A stretch of DNA of 64,000 nucleotides. Origin: Pseudomonadota bacterium. GTDB lineage: Bacteria > Pseudomonadota > Gammaproteobacteria > UBA1113. Numbering within the stretch: the first letter of the stretch is position 1; every line of letters begins with the position of its first letter. A model generated the notes under the pieces. It was not told where the DNA came from and ran no database searches. It was given only the letters and a program-made list of their open reading frames with translations. The DNA lies in contig JAJYCX010000007.1 of assembly GCA_021778015.1 (NCBI GenBank), positions 17,078 through 81,077 of the forward strand. Direction: 5' to 3'. Positions 1 to 8,296 of this stretch are shown here, in pieces. The position numbers and the translations under genes are program-made.

Positions 1-1268
1 CCACGGGCGATGGTGGCATAGGCATTGGCTACCTGCAAAGGCGTTGCCGATAAACCATAGCCAAAGGATAAAGTTGCCAAAGTAAAATCAGACCATTTAT
101 GCAAGGGCAAACTACCCTTAACTTCACCCGGAAAACCGCTGCCCGTCAACTGCCCATAACCCATTTTATGCAACAATTCCCATAAACTATTGGGCGGCGT
201 GGTCAAAGTAAGTTTAGCCGTACCGACGTTACTGGATTTGACTAACACCGTTGTCATATTGATAACGCCATCATTGCCTTCGGGATCACGTACCACATGT
301 CCGTTTAACACCATCCAACCCGGATTGGTATCGATTATACTGTCTGGAGTATATTTTCCCTGAGCCAGCACATTCGCTAAACTTATGGCTTTAGTGGTAG
401 AACCCGGTTCAAACGTATCGGTTACACAACGATTACGTAATGAATCTATTCTAGTGTCGACGGTTTGATTTGGGTTATAAGATGGCACATTGGCCATCGC
501 CAATACCTCACCCGTTTTAACATCTAATACGATGACCGAACCTGCAGCTGCATTCACTTGTGTGACGGCATCGGCTAAATATCGATATGCTAAATATTGA
601 ATGCGATGATCTATACTTAATTCTAAATCTTTACCCGGCTCTTCCGCACGCACTATTCCTAATAAAGCGATTACATGCCCTACCCCATCTTTGGAGACTT
701 TCTCTTTGCCCGGTATGCCTTTTAAGCTCTCATTATAGGCCAGTTCCAGCCCTTCTTGACCCTGATTATCGATGTTGGTAAAACCAATGAGCTGTGCGGT
801 TACATCCGCTTCGGGATAATAACGACGGTATTCATTTAGGCTATGTACACCAGGTAAATGCAGCGCCATGACTTTTTTCGATAATTGGGGCGAAAGATGC
901 CGTTTTAAATACACAAATTCTTTACTATTATTTTTTTTCAGGCGCTTTTGTAATACCACAGTGCTATCGCCCAGCAAAGACGATAAAGTGTTAAGATTGT
1001 CGGTGTTAGCAACGAATGCTTGTGGGTCGACCCAAATAGAAGCAACACGCGTAGTAATAGCCAACGGATAATGACCCCTATCGGTTATCATGCCGCGTAA
1101 GGCGGGACGTTCAATCATGCGTTGACTGCGCGCGTCGCCCTGTTTTAATAAAAAAGAGCGGTCGATCACAGTCAGCTGTACAAATCTAAACAGTAATCCT
1201 AAAAAGGCTAAGCTTAAACAAATTAATAATATAACCCATCGCCACGTATGGCGCGTATAAAAACTCAC
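1..1268 (-). CDS. ftsI: Peptidoglycan D,D-transpeptidase FtsI (PBP3), N-terminal part. The gene runs off the window start. The start is probably GTG at 1268.
   Basis: Hand translation of the minus strand gives WRWVILL...GMITDRGH...TFEPGSTTKA (SxxK)...KSSNVG (SxN). It sits downstream of ftsL in the dcw order. There is no in-frame ATG after the upstream stop, so a GTG start is inferred. Confidence 0.75.
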   Translation of the reverse strand, partial: MSFYTRHTWRWVILLICLSLAFLGLLFRFVQLTVIDRSFLLKQGDARSQRMIERPALRGMITDRGHYPLAITTRVASIWVDPQAFVANTDNLNTLSSLLGDSTVVLQKRLKKNNSKEFVYLKRHLSPQLSKKVMALHLPGVHSLNEYRRYYPEADVTAQLIGFTNIDNQGQEGLELAYNESLKGIPGKEKVSKDGVGHVIALLGIVRAEEPGKDLELSIDHRIQYLAYRYLADAVTQVNAAAGSVIVLDVKTGEVLAMANVPSYNPNQTVDTRIDSLRNRCVTDTFEPGSTTKAISLANVLAQGKYTPDSIIDTNPGWMVLNGHVVRDPEGNDGVINMTTVLVKSSNVGTAKLTLTTPPNSLWELLHKMGYGQLTGSGFPGEVKGSLPLHKWSDFTLATLSFGYGLSATPLQVANAYATIAR

Positions 1269-1318
1269 TTAACTACCCGCCCCTTTTTCAAATTTTTGGT
1301 ACTTATAAAGCGATACTA

Positions 1319-1455
1319 TATATGCTCACAGCAGTTGATTTTTAGGCGTGGCGCCGAGCTCGCGAGCACTAGGAATGACGTATTCCGTCATATACTAGTG
1401 CGAGATGGGCGAAGACAAAAAAGCCTAAAAATCGAATGCAAAGAGTATATTATTC
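1319..1455 (-). repeat. MITE-1 family copy A, a ~135 bp non-coding repeat. It is inserted in the ftsL-ftsI spacer and its terminus overlaps the ftsL stop codon.
   Basis: About 80% identical by eye to copies at 14668-14800, 29119-29252 and 58258-58408 (reverse-complement orientation here). Shared termini are tatactcttcgcattt and caactgctatgagtatatta. Confidence 0.7.
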
Positions 1456-1782
1456 CACTGTAATGACATTTTTACTACTAGGCAATTGCATATTTAATTT
1501 AGCTTGGGCAATGTCTTGTATGCGACTTTGTTGCGACCAAGTGGCTTTTTCCAATAATAATTGTGAATGCGTGACCTGCATATCATCGTATTGTTGGCGG
1601 TTATATTGCAGCTCGCTGGTCAATTGTCGTTCATGACCTCTGATGTAGATAATGCCCAACATACTGGCTAACAACAAACACGCTAGAAAGATAGCAAGTA
1701 ATACTTCCCCTTCTAACATAAAATCTTTAATACGTCCTCGTGTAAAATCACTGGATAAAATTGCTCTTGCGACTGCACTCAT
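1450..1782 (-). CDS. ftsL: Cell division protein FtsL
   Basis: 110 aa, a single TM segment followed by a coiled-coil C-terminus (…EKATWSQQSRIQDIAQAKLNMQ…). It lies between rsmH and ftsI. Confidence 0.75.
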   Translation of the reverse strand: MSAVARAILSSDFTRGRIKDFMLEGEVLLAIFLACLLLASMLGIIYIRGHERQLTSELQYNRQQYDDMQVTHSQLLLEKATWSQQSRIQDIAQAKLNMQLPSSKNVITVE

Positions 1783-2729
1783 TTTATTTTCCTCATTATT
1801 CTCAAAACAGCACTGCGTGCGCGTGGATTATGATTTACCTCTTCTACGCTCGCGCGGCTGACTATTCCCTTTTCAATCCCTGGCGCCACCTCGGCACCTC
1901 TAATTGGTAAATCTCTGGGATAAGGATCACCCTTAGCCCCTTCCTGTATAAATCGCTTTACCAAACGATCTTCCAACGAATGAAAACTGATGATAGCCAT
2001 ACAACCGTTGACTGCTAATACAGGCAAAATCTGTTGTAAAAAAGCTTCCAACGCTTCCAACTCATGGTTAATGTAAATTCGTATCGCTTGAAAGATCCGT
2101 GTAGCCGGATGTTTTGTCATGCGCCATTGTTTCCCCTTAGGGACCATTGCACTTACTAAATCCGCCAATTGCTTTGTAGTCTGCAATGGCCTTTCTAGTC
2201 GTTCAGCAATGATGGCACGCGCAATAGCCCGTCCATACGCTTCCTCACCATACTCCTTAAACACTCTAGTCATCTCTTCTTCAGTGGCTACAGCCAACCA
2301 CTGTGCCGCCGTTAATTCTTGCTCCACATCCATACGCATATCCAACGGCCCATCTCTTAAGAACGAAAAGCCGCGTGTAGCATCATCCAACTGCGGTGAA
2401 GACACCCCTAAATCTAATAACACGCCATCCACTTTGCCAAAAATGCCCCAGTGTTTGGCCCATTTTTCTATTTCCGAAAAACTTCCTTTCTGCAGAGTAA
2501 AGCGTTTATCTGTAATCGCTTTACCTGCTGTGATGGCCGCTTCATCCTTATCTAAGGCATATAAACGACCGTCTTCATTCAAATGTTCTAAAATGGCCTG
2601 ACTATGTCCGCCTCGGCCAAAAGTACCATCTATATAGATGCCATCAGCCTTAATATCTAAACCCTGGATCACTTCTTGTAGCAAAACGCTGGTGTGATCC
2701 GCTTTGTCTGTCACTGCTCGCCCCGTCAC
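1779..2729 (-). CDS. rsmH: 16S rRNA (cytosine1402-N4)-methyltransferase RsmH (MraW)
   Basis: 316 aa with HTSVLLQEV…GIYIDGTFGRGGHS…SFHSLEDR motifs. It overlaps mraZ by 4 bp. Confidence 0.9.
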   Translation of the reverse strand: MTGRAVTDKADHTSVLLQEVIQGLDIKADGIYIDGTFGRGGHSQAILEHLNEDGRLYALDKDEAAITAGKAITDKRFTLQKGSFSEIEKWAKHWGIFGKVDGVLLDLGVSSPQLDDATRGFSFLRDGPLDMRMDVEQELTAAQWLAVATEEEMTRVFKEYGEEAYGRAIARAIIAERLERPLQTTKQLADLVSAMVPKGKQWRMTKHPATRIFQAIRIYINHELEALEAFLQQILPVLAVNGCMAIISFHSLEDRLVKRFIQEGAKGDPYPRDLPIRGAEVAPGIEKGIVSRASVEEVNHNPRARSAVLRIMRKIK

Positions 2730-3190
2730 AGCGAAATATGCTGCAATTCTGTAGGTAAGCCTTCAGCATTCATTACCTTGTCTTCTTCTAACCAAATTTC
2801 ACGTTGAGCATCCCACACGGTATCACTCCACAACTCAAACTTTTGTCCTTGCCCTACCACCATGACTCTTTTGTCTAACTTGGCGTAATCGCGTAACAAT
2901 TGGGGGATTAAAATACGCCCCTGATTGTCCATTTCCACTTCACTCGCATGCCCTATTAATAATCTTTGTAGGCGTCGAGTCGCTGGATTAAAACTAGGCA
3001 AAGCCTCTAACTTCCGTTCAATAATTTCCCATTCAGCTATAGGATAAAGCAATAAACAAGCCGATTGGGTATCAATGGTGACCACCAACTGCGCATTATC
3101 GTCTGATTCTAATAGCAAGTCCCGTTGTCGGGCCGGCATAGCCAACCGGCCCTTAACATCGAGACTAACTGCAGTGATGCCACGAAACAC
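2726..3190 (-). CDS. mraZ: Transcriptional regulator MraZ
   Basis: 154 aa starting MFRG…LDVKGRLAMPAR, with a duplicated MraZ fold. It is the first gene of the dcw cluster. Confidence 0.9.
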   Translation of the reverse strand: MFRGITAVSLDVKGRLAMPARQRDLLLESDDNAQLVVTIDTQSACLLLYPIAEWEIIERKLEALPSFNPATRRLQRLLIGHASEVEMDNQGRILIPQLLRDYAKLDKRVMVVGQGQKFELWSDTVWDAQREIWLEEDKVMNAEGLPTELQHISL

Positions 3191-3393
3191 TTAAATATAC
3201 TCCACAATATACCACTTATCCCCACTTTCATACACTATAGCCCACAGAATAGAGAAAAACAAGGGATTATGAGAAGATTTTTGAAATATTTTTTGTAGTA
3301 GATAGTTTTGGTTTTTCGTGTTATTCTTTTTAACATGAATAATAAATTCTTATTTTTGAAGTCGTGTGGCCTGTAATTCCCCCTTATAAAACA

Positions 3394-3416
3394 AATATTG
3401 CATAATTTGCAATATT
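3394..3416. promoter_or_regulatory. Perfect 9-bp inverted repeat AATATTGCA-N5-TGCAATATT. Putative operator of the downstream toxin-antitoxin operon.
   Basis: Seen directly. It lies ~20 nt upstream of the GAGG RBS and ATG of ORF 3438. Confidence 0.5.
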
Positions 3417-3437
3417 CCATAATGAGGTATATACTGT

Positions 3438-3728
3438 ATGTATTGGAATGTGCGATTTACAAATAAAGCGGCAAAGCAAGCACGCCAGTTAGATGCAGAA
3501 TTATTCTTTGTCTTGCAATTGCTAGCAGAAGATTTAAAAATGAAAGGGCCCATACCGGGTAAATTTTGGCATAACTATGGAAAGTTGAGCAGCAAAAATA
3601 ATCAGGATATAAGACATTGTCACTTAGCAAAAGGACATCCAACTTATGTATGCTGTTGGAAAGTGTTTAAGATAGAAAAGGTAGTTGAGGTTTACTATGT
3701 CGGAACACATGAGAAAGCGCCATACTGA
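3438..3728 (+). CDS. RelE/YafQ-superfamily mRNA-interferase toxin (HigB-like operon position, toxin first)
   Basis: 96 aa. The C-terminus …RHCHLAKGHPTYVCCWKV…VEVYYVGTHEKAPY resembles YafQ/RelE (H-x-L…W…Y…TGTH). It is followed by an overlapping HTH-XRE gene. Confidence 0.6.
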   Translation: MYWNVRFTNKAAKQARQLDAELFFVLQLLAEDLKMKGPIPGKFWHNYGKLSSKNNQDIRHCHLAKGHPTYVCCWKVFKIEKVVEVYYVGTHEKAPY

Positions 3729-4056
3729 TATTGCGGAAAAAATAGTCATCATATATTATCGTGGTGATTTATACCAGTTTCCTAAACAAATAGCTGAAAA
3801 ATACCGTGTTAAAAATGATAGTGTCAGCCCAGATGAATTATTTTCGGATATTAATAAAAAGCATACTAAATCAGGTGCTCTGCTCCGCGGATTGCGTGTT
3901 CGTGAGAATTTAACACAATCTCAGCTTGCAGAAAAGATAAAAGTTACTCAGTCCGATATTTCGCAAATGGAAAACGGTACTCGCAACATAGGGCGTATGA
4001 TAGCAAAACGGATTGAGAAATTGTTTGATATTGATTATCGTGTGTTTTTAGAGTAG
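3685..4056 (+). CDS. HTH-XRE antitoxin (HigA-like). The true start is probably at the internal Met 3697 or 3709.
   Basis: C-terminal LRGLRVRENLTQSQLAEKIKVTQSDISQMENGTRNIG is a classic XRE helix-turn-helix. It overlaps the toxin's 3' end. Confidence 0.6.
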   Translation: MRFTMSEHMRKRHTDIAEKIVIIYYRGDLYQFPKQIAEKYRVKNDSVSPDELFSDINKKHTKSGALLRGLRVRENLTQSQLAEKIKVTQSDISQMENGTRNIGRMIAKRIEKLFDIDYRVFLE

Positions 4057-4067
4057 AAGGCGGAACC

Positions 4068-4252
4068 TTGTCATCCTCAACCAGGCCACGAGGCCGCAGT
4101 CGGGGATCCAGTAAAAAACTTAATTTGAAACTGGATTCCCGACTGCGACTAGAGCCTGTCCTCGGTACTCCGGGGAATGACAAAGCTTCGATTAAAATCT
4201 ATAGCATTCATCAAGATCTCGCATCTTCAAGTACGAAGAGTATATAACCGCC
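4068..4252. repeat. REP-2 family composite palindromic element (copy F)
   Basis: gtcatcctcaaccaggccacgaggccgcagtcggggatccag…ctggattcccgactgcgac…ggaatgacaaagcttcgattaaa…atctcgcatcttca. It is shared with copies at 8116, 19234 and 22507. The tail contains cgaagagtatat, which is also the MITE-1 terminus. Confidence 0.65.
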
Positions 4253-4667
4253 GATATAAATAGATCAAAGCATAGGTTGATACCAATCCAATCATGCCAC
4301 CCAGCACAACATTAAGAATACGGTCAAAAGCAATTTGCATAGAACCTTGGTTGACTGCATAAATAACAACACAACCGGAACGTAGCAGATAAGCGACAAA
4401 ATAATCTCTAAACATTTTCAAACTGAGACAAATTAATATAAAAAAAAAATAAGGCACTAAAATCGAATGCGGTAAAACTAAGCCTATCCCTAAACCAGCA
4501 CACACTCCAATTCCACCTGCCATGGCACGGTGTTTAAATTTCAATAATACCGCATCCAGCTCTGGATAAACCACACTCAAACTAGACCAAATAACCCATT
4601 CTGGTATTGCCACGCTGATTATCGGTATCCAACGCCATAATATTGATCCGTGAAAATGAAATTTCAA
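4227..4667 (-). CDS. Hypothetical integral membrane protein (146 aa, ~4 TM)
   Basis: Hydrophobic ORF that overlaps the downstream gene by 4 bp. No recognisable family. Confidence 0.4.
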   Translation of the reverse strand: MKFHFHGSILWRWIPIISVAIPEWVIWSSLSVVYPELDAVLLKFKHRAMAGGIGVCAGLGIGLVLPHSILVPYFFFILICLSLKMFRDYFVAYLLRSGCVVIYAVNQGSMQIAFDRILNVVLGGMIGLVSTYALIYLYRRLYTLRT

Positions 4668-5233
4668 AATTCAAATACCTGACTACTGTCAATCACATCG
4701 GCCATATATGTTAACATTTCCAATGAGGCATCATGACGATCTTTGTGGCTACTGCCGCAGCAATCGCTGATTACAGTTACTTTATAACCACGATCGTGCG
4801 CATCGCGTACAGCCGACTGTACAGCAACCTCCGTTGATACGCCGGCAATATAGATCTCTCCCACTCCATTATTTCTTAATATCTGATCCAGATTCGTTCC
4901 ATAAAAGGGATTGACAGCATTCTTAAAGATGATCAATTCATCTTCTTGATAGTCTAAATCGGAAATAATTTCAGTACCCCAAGTACCTCGTTGCAGCTTT
5001 TTATATTCTTTAGCTTTTGAAAAAATGGGCGATTTTGTATTGGCCTCTAGATAGTTTTTATCAAAGGCCACAATAACCCATATGACCAACCAATTTTCCT
5101 TGCGCGCATGAAAAATCACCTTGTTGAGTTTAGCAACCGATTGATTTTTAGCCAACATGGGATAACAACCAAAGGCACCATCTTTATGACAAATTTCGTT
5201 TATATAATCTATTATGATCAAAGATTTTTTCAT
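4664..5233 (-). CDS. Isochorismatase-family cysteine hydrolase (YcaC/PncA-like)
   Basis: 189 aa. MKKSLIIIDYINE…, …IYIAGVSTEVAVQSAVRDAHDRGYKVTVISDCCGS matches the isochorismatase fold and its catalytic Cys region. Confidence 0.7.
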   Translation of the reverse strand: MKKSLIIIDYINEICHKDGAFGCYPMLAKNQSVAKLNKVIFHARKENWLVIWVIVAFDKNYLEANTKSPIFSKAKEYKKLQRGTWGTEIISDLDYQEDELIIFKNAVNPFYGTNLDQILRNNGVGEIYIAGVSTEVAVQSAVRDAHDRGYKVTVISDCCGSSHKDRHDASLEMLTYMADVIDSSQVFEF

Positions 5234-5265
5234 TCTATTCTCCTGTAATAAGGGTTAAACCTTTG

Positions 5266-5745
5266 TCAATACGGCGTACCATCCTTATGCGTAAAAATCC
5301 AGACACCCTCCTGGAGTACAGCAGCAATATCATCGTCAGGATAAGTCACTTGATCGCCAGCAGTTCGATCACCCACTTCCAAAAAGCACACAGTCTCCTT
5401 GGTTTGATTGATAAGCTGATGTGCTCTACCACTACCGGCCTTAAAACCCGCACACATGCCTGGCGCTAATACCATTTCTTTGTCTCCACTTTTTAAGGTA
5501 GGGCGCCCCACCAACACATAAATGAATTCATCCTGTTTGGAATGTGCATGATACAAAGCGGACACGCCACCGGGTTCTAGTTGCGTCAAATTCACACCAA
5601 AATTGTTTAGACCAAACATATCGCCTAAACGACGTTTCTCACGCCGATCCATCATTGAGGCAAAAGGCTCAGGATAAACGGAACGCGTTTTGTTAGGAGC
5701 CACTTCTGCTGCCAACAAAGCATCGGGATAGTTAGATGCTGTCAT
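5266..5745 (-). CDS. Cupin-domain protein
   Basis: 159 aa with G-x5-H-x-H…G…P-G-x2-H-x3-N-like cupin motifs (LEPGGVSALYHAHSKQDEFIYVLVG… and LAPGMCAGFKAGSGRAHQLIN). Confidence 0.6.
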   Translation of the reverse strand: MTASNYPDALLAAEVAPNKTRSVYPEPFASMMDRREKRRLGDMFGLNNFGVNLTQLEPGGVSALYHAHSKQDEFIYVLVGRPTLKSGDKEMVLAPGMCAGFKAGSGRAHQLINQTKETVCFLEVGDRTAGDQVTYPDDDIAAVLQEGVWIFTHKDGTPY

Positions 5746-5903
5746 AATCTCACCTTTCAGTTTAAAAGATTCATATCACTATTATCTAACATTTTCATTG
5801 GCAATACAAATAAAGTGTATGTTAACAAATATCCTTGATAGAAATATACTACAGAGCACTTTCTGTGATTTTCTTTTCTAGAACATAGCGTCGCATAATA
5901 CAA

Positions 5904-6167
5904 TTACGCCGCTATACTTAAAGTCACATGGATCTTTGCTCGCGCAAGCATAACCACCAACTTATCAATGGTAAATAGTTCAATATGACCAGCGAGTAGC
6001 TTATTAATTCTAGGCTGATCAACCCCCATAATTTTTGCAGCTTGCGCTTGGGTAAGCTTGTTTGTTTTAATGTATTTTTTAATGGCTAGCATAAGTTCAG
6101 CGCGTAGTTTTAAACTACTTGCCTCCGCGGGATCAAATCCAAGATCGTTAAATACATTGTGTGTCAT
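5904..6167 (-). CDS. HigA-family HTH antitoxin
   Basis: 87 aa. NVFNDLGF…LTQAQAAKIMGVDQPRINKLLAGH is typical of HigA-type antidote proteins. It is immediately downstream of, and overlapping, the toxin gene. Confidence 0.7.
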   Translation of the reverse strand: MTHNVFNDLGFDPAEASSLKLRAELMLAIKKYIKTNKLTQAQAAKIMGVDQPRINKLLAGHIELFTIDKLVVMLARAKIHVTLSIAA

Positions 6168-6505
6168 CTTTTTATCTCCTGCATTTTTTTAAACACTCCT
6201 TGATAACGCATTTTTGCAATATCAATATCTTTTTTTGCAGTTTGCTGTGTTTTCTTAACGAATGCATGTAAAACATGAATAGCACTTTCAAATTTAGCCA
6301 CATAAATAACGCGATATTCATTTTCAACATGGATCCTGATTTCTTTTACTCCTAAGCCAATCCCATGCATAGGCTTCCAATCGCTAGGTTCTTCACCTTT
6401 TTGTATATTAGACAACTCATATCCAGCACGGCGTCTAACATCAACAGGAAAATCACATAAATCCTTCCGTGAGGTTCCTTCAAAAACAAGTTTTTTCATT
6501 TTCAC
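6164..6505 (-). CDS. HigB/Gp49-like (RelE-superfamily) toxin
   Basis: 113 aa. …IRIHVENEYRVIYVAKFESAIHVLHAFVKKTQQTAKKDIDIAKMRY resembles the phage Gp49/HigB-like toxin family. The toxin gene precedes the antitoxin. Confidence 0.6.
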   Translation of the reverse strand: MKMKKLVFEGTSRKDLCDFPVDVRRRAGYELSNIQKGEEPSDWKPMHGIGLGVKEIRIHVENEYRVIYVAKFESAIHVLHAFVKKTQQTAKKDIDIAKMRYQGVFKKMQEIKR

Positions 6506-6525
6506 GGTTATACCACCCTAAAATT

Positions 6526-6550
6526 ATGTCATATTTGACATTAAATGTCA
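6526..6550. promoter_or_regulatory. Overlapping palindromes ATGTCA-tatt-TGACAT-taa-ATGTCA. Putative operator/promoter of the 6505-5904 toxin-antitoxin operon.
   Basis: Seen directly, ~20-45 bp upstream of the toxin start on the minus strand. Confidence 0.45.
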
Positions 6551-6738
6551 AGCTCATTAGGGGGATTTTTAGCTGTTAGTGCGTAATTATATGATTTTAT
6601 TGGATAAATATAAAGTAGGCGTCATTTTAAAATGGTACTCTAACGCTTTGATAAGAAGCTTCTCACTATAGCAACACTTGATCTACAAGAAAAATAGCAA
6701 TATACTATTATTATCATATTTAATCATGGTAATATTGA

Positions 6739-7629
6739 ATGATGAAAAACAGCATACATCTAGGCATCCTACTAACTTTATTAAGCGCATTGTCTTACGC
6801 TGTACAAACAGCTATTGTTAAACATTTAGGCGGCACAGTCTCTACCCCGGTCATTGTATTCATTCAAAGCGCGGTCTGTTTTGCGCTCATTTCTGCGGTA
6901 ATCATTTCTCAAGGTAAGCAAAAGGCCGTGCGCTTGATAAAAACAGCCCACCCCGTCATTCATATTTTTAGAACATTCTTTAGCCTAGGTATTAGTTACT
7001 TTCTATTTTATTCAGTTAAATTTATACCCTTAGTCGACGCGGTATTATTAGCCAATACAGCACCACTGATGGTACCTCTTATTATGTTTTTATTTATGTC
7101 TGTAAAGATTAATCATAAACTATGGGTGCCATTATTAATTGGTTTTTCTGGGGTAATATTGATTTTAAATCCAGATCCACAGGTATTTCACAGCGCTTCC
7201 TTGCTAGCATTGGCCGCAGGCGTATGTATGGCCTCTTCTATTATTCTAATTAGAGAAGCCAGAAATGACAGCGGTATAACGAACGCCTTTTACTATTTTC
7301 TATTTTCCCTCCCTATTTCAGGACTTGGTGCTGCATTTTTTTGGACTCCCTTGTCTATTAAAATACTCATCCCGCTGATTATCATCGGGCTATTATTTTT
7401 CATTGTACAGTTTTCTTTGACCTATGCGTTAAAACATGTCAATGCGCAAACTGTCGTTTCGTTGTATTTATCGAATATCATTTTTGCGGCCATTATTGGC
7501 ATGCTCATTTGGTCCACACCAATGACTTGGGGTATTATATCTGGAATATGTTTAACGATTATTGGAGCAATATTCACTATACGTGCGCAAAGTCAAACTA
7601 GAGAGGTTAAGATAGAAAAACATGGATGA
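6739..7629 (+). CDS. DMT-superfamily (EamA-like) transporter
   Basis: 296 aa with 10 predicted TM segments and the duplicated EamA pattern. Confidence 0.65.
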   Translation: MMKNSIHLGILLTLLSALSYAVQTAIVKHLGGTVSTPVIVFIQSAVCFALISAVIISQGKQKAVRLIKTAHPVIHIFRTFFSLGISYFLFYSVKFIPLVDAVLLANTAPLMVPLIMFLFMSVKINHKLWVPLLIGFSGVILILNPDPQVFHSASLLALAAGVCMASSIILIREARNDSGITNAFYYFLFSLPISGLGAAFFWTPLSIKILIPLIIIGLLFFIVQFSLTYALKHVNAQTVVSLYLSNIIFAAIIGMLIWSTPMTWGIISGICLTIIGAIFTIRAQSQTREVKIEKHG

Positions 7630-8056
7630 ACAAGATATTGAGTTTTTGATCTGCGATATCAGTGTATTGTGGCGGCGCGCATTTAGCCTACATACAAAGG
7701 AAATGGGGATTTCTACCATTGAACGTCGCATTATATTGAATGTAGACCGCAGACCGGGTGCAACTCAAGTTGAAATTGCTAATCTTATTGATATAGAACC
7801 ACAGAATTTAACCAAACCCTTAGATCGATTAATTGCGCATAAACTATTAGAAAAACGCTTGGATGATAGTGACCGTCGTGTCAAACGGCTCTATATTACT
7901 CAAAACTGTATGCCTATTATTAAAAAGATATGCCGCATTGCTGAGGACCTTCGACCAATGGTTATGGCCGGCATTAGCGAGAAAGACAAAAAAGCGCTAT
8001 TAAAAAATATTAGCGCTATGAAACATAGTTTAGAAGCAATCTGTCTAAAAAAGTGA
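7622..8056 (+). CDS. MarR-family transcriptional regulator
   Basis: 144 aa with winged HTH …GATQVEIANLIDIEPQNLTKPLDRLIAHKLLEKRLDDSDRRVKRLYIT. It overlaps the DMT gene by 8 bp, so the two are likely co-transcribed. Confidence 0.7.
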   Translation: MDEQDIEFLICDISVLWRRAFSLHTKEMGISTIERRIILNVDRRPGATQVEIANLIDIEPQNLTKPLDRLIAHKLLEKRLDDSDRRVKRLYITQNCMPIIKKICRIAEDLRPMVMAGISEKDKKALLKNISAMKHSLEAICLKK

Positions 8057-8115
8057 TATACCCATTCTACTTCAAGATATGGAGCAATACTTTCTACGAA
8101 CACCATACTAAAACG

Positions 8116-8266
8116 TTGTCATCCTCGACCGAAGGTCGGGGATCTAGTTTTATATTAAGTTTTCCTGGATCCCAGATCGGAACCTGTACTCGGTACTCCG
8201 GGTATCGAGGATGACAAAGCTTCGATTAAAGTTCAATGCGTTTATTCAAATCTCGCATCTTCATTG
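8116..8266. repeat. REP-2 family element (copy G)
   Basis: gtcatcctcgaccgaaggtcggggatctag…ctggatcccagatcgg…gtatcgaggatgacaaagcttcgattaaa…atctcgcatcttca. Confidence 0.65.
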
Positions 8267-8296
8267 GCGATGGAAATATTCAGAGACTTTCTAATT

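Noticed and set aside
2119-2601. 160-aa ORF on the + strand
   Set aside because: It lies entirely inside rsmH on the opposite strand and has no recognisable domain. It is an antisense ORF artefact.
3235-3553. Two small overlapping minus-strand ORFs (61 and 67 aa) in the AT-rich mraZ upstream region
   Set aside because: AT-rich intergenic DNA containing the dcw and TA promoters. The ORFs are short, overlap each other and the toxin gene, and have no coding signal.
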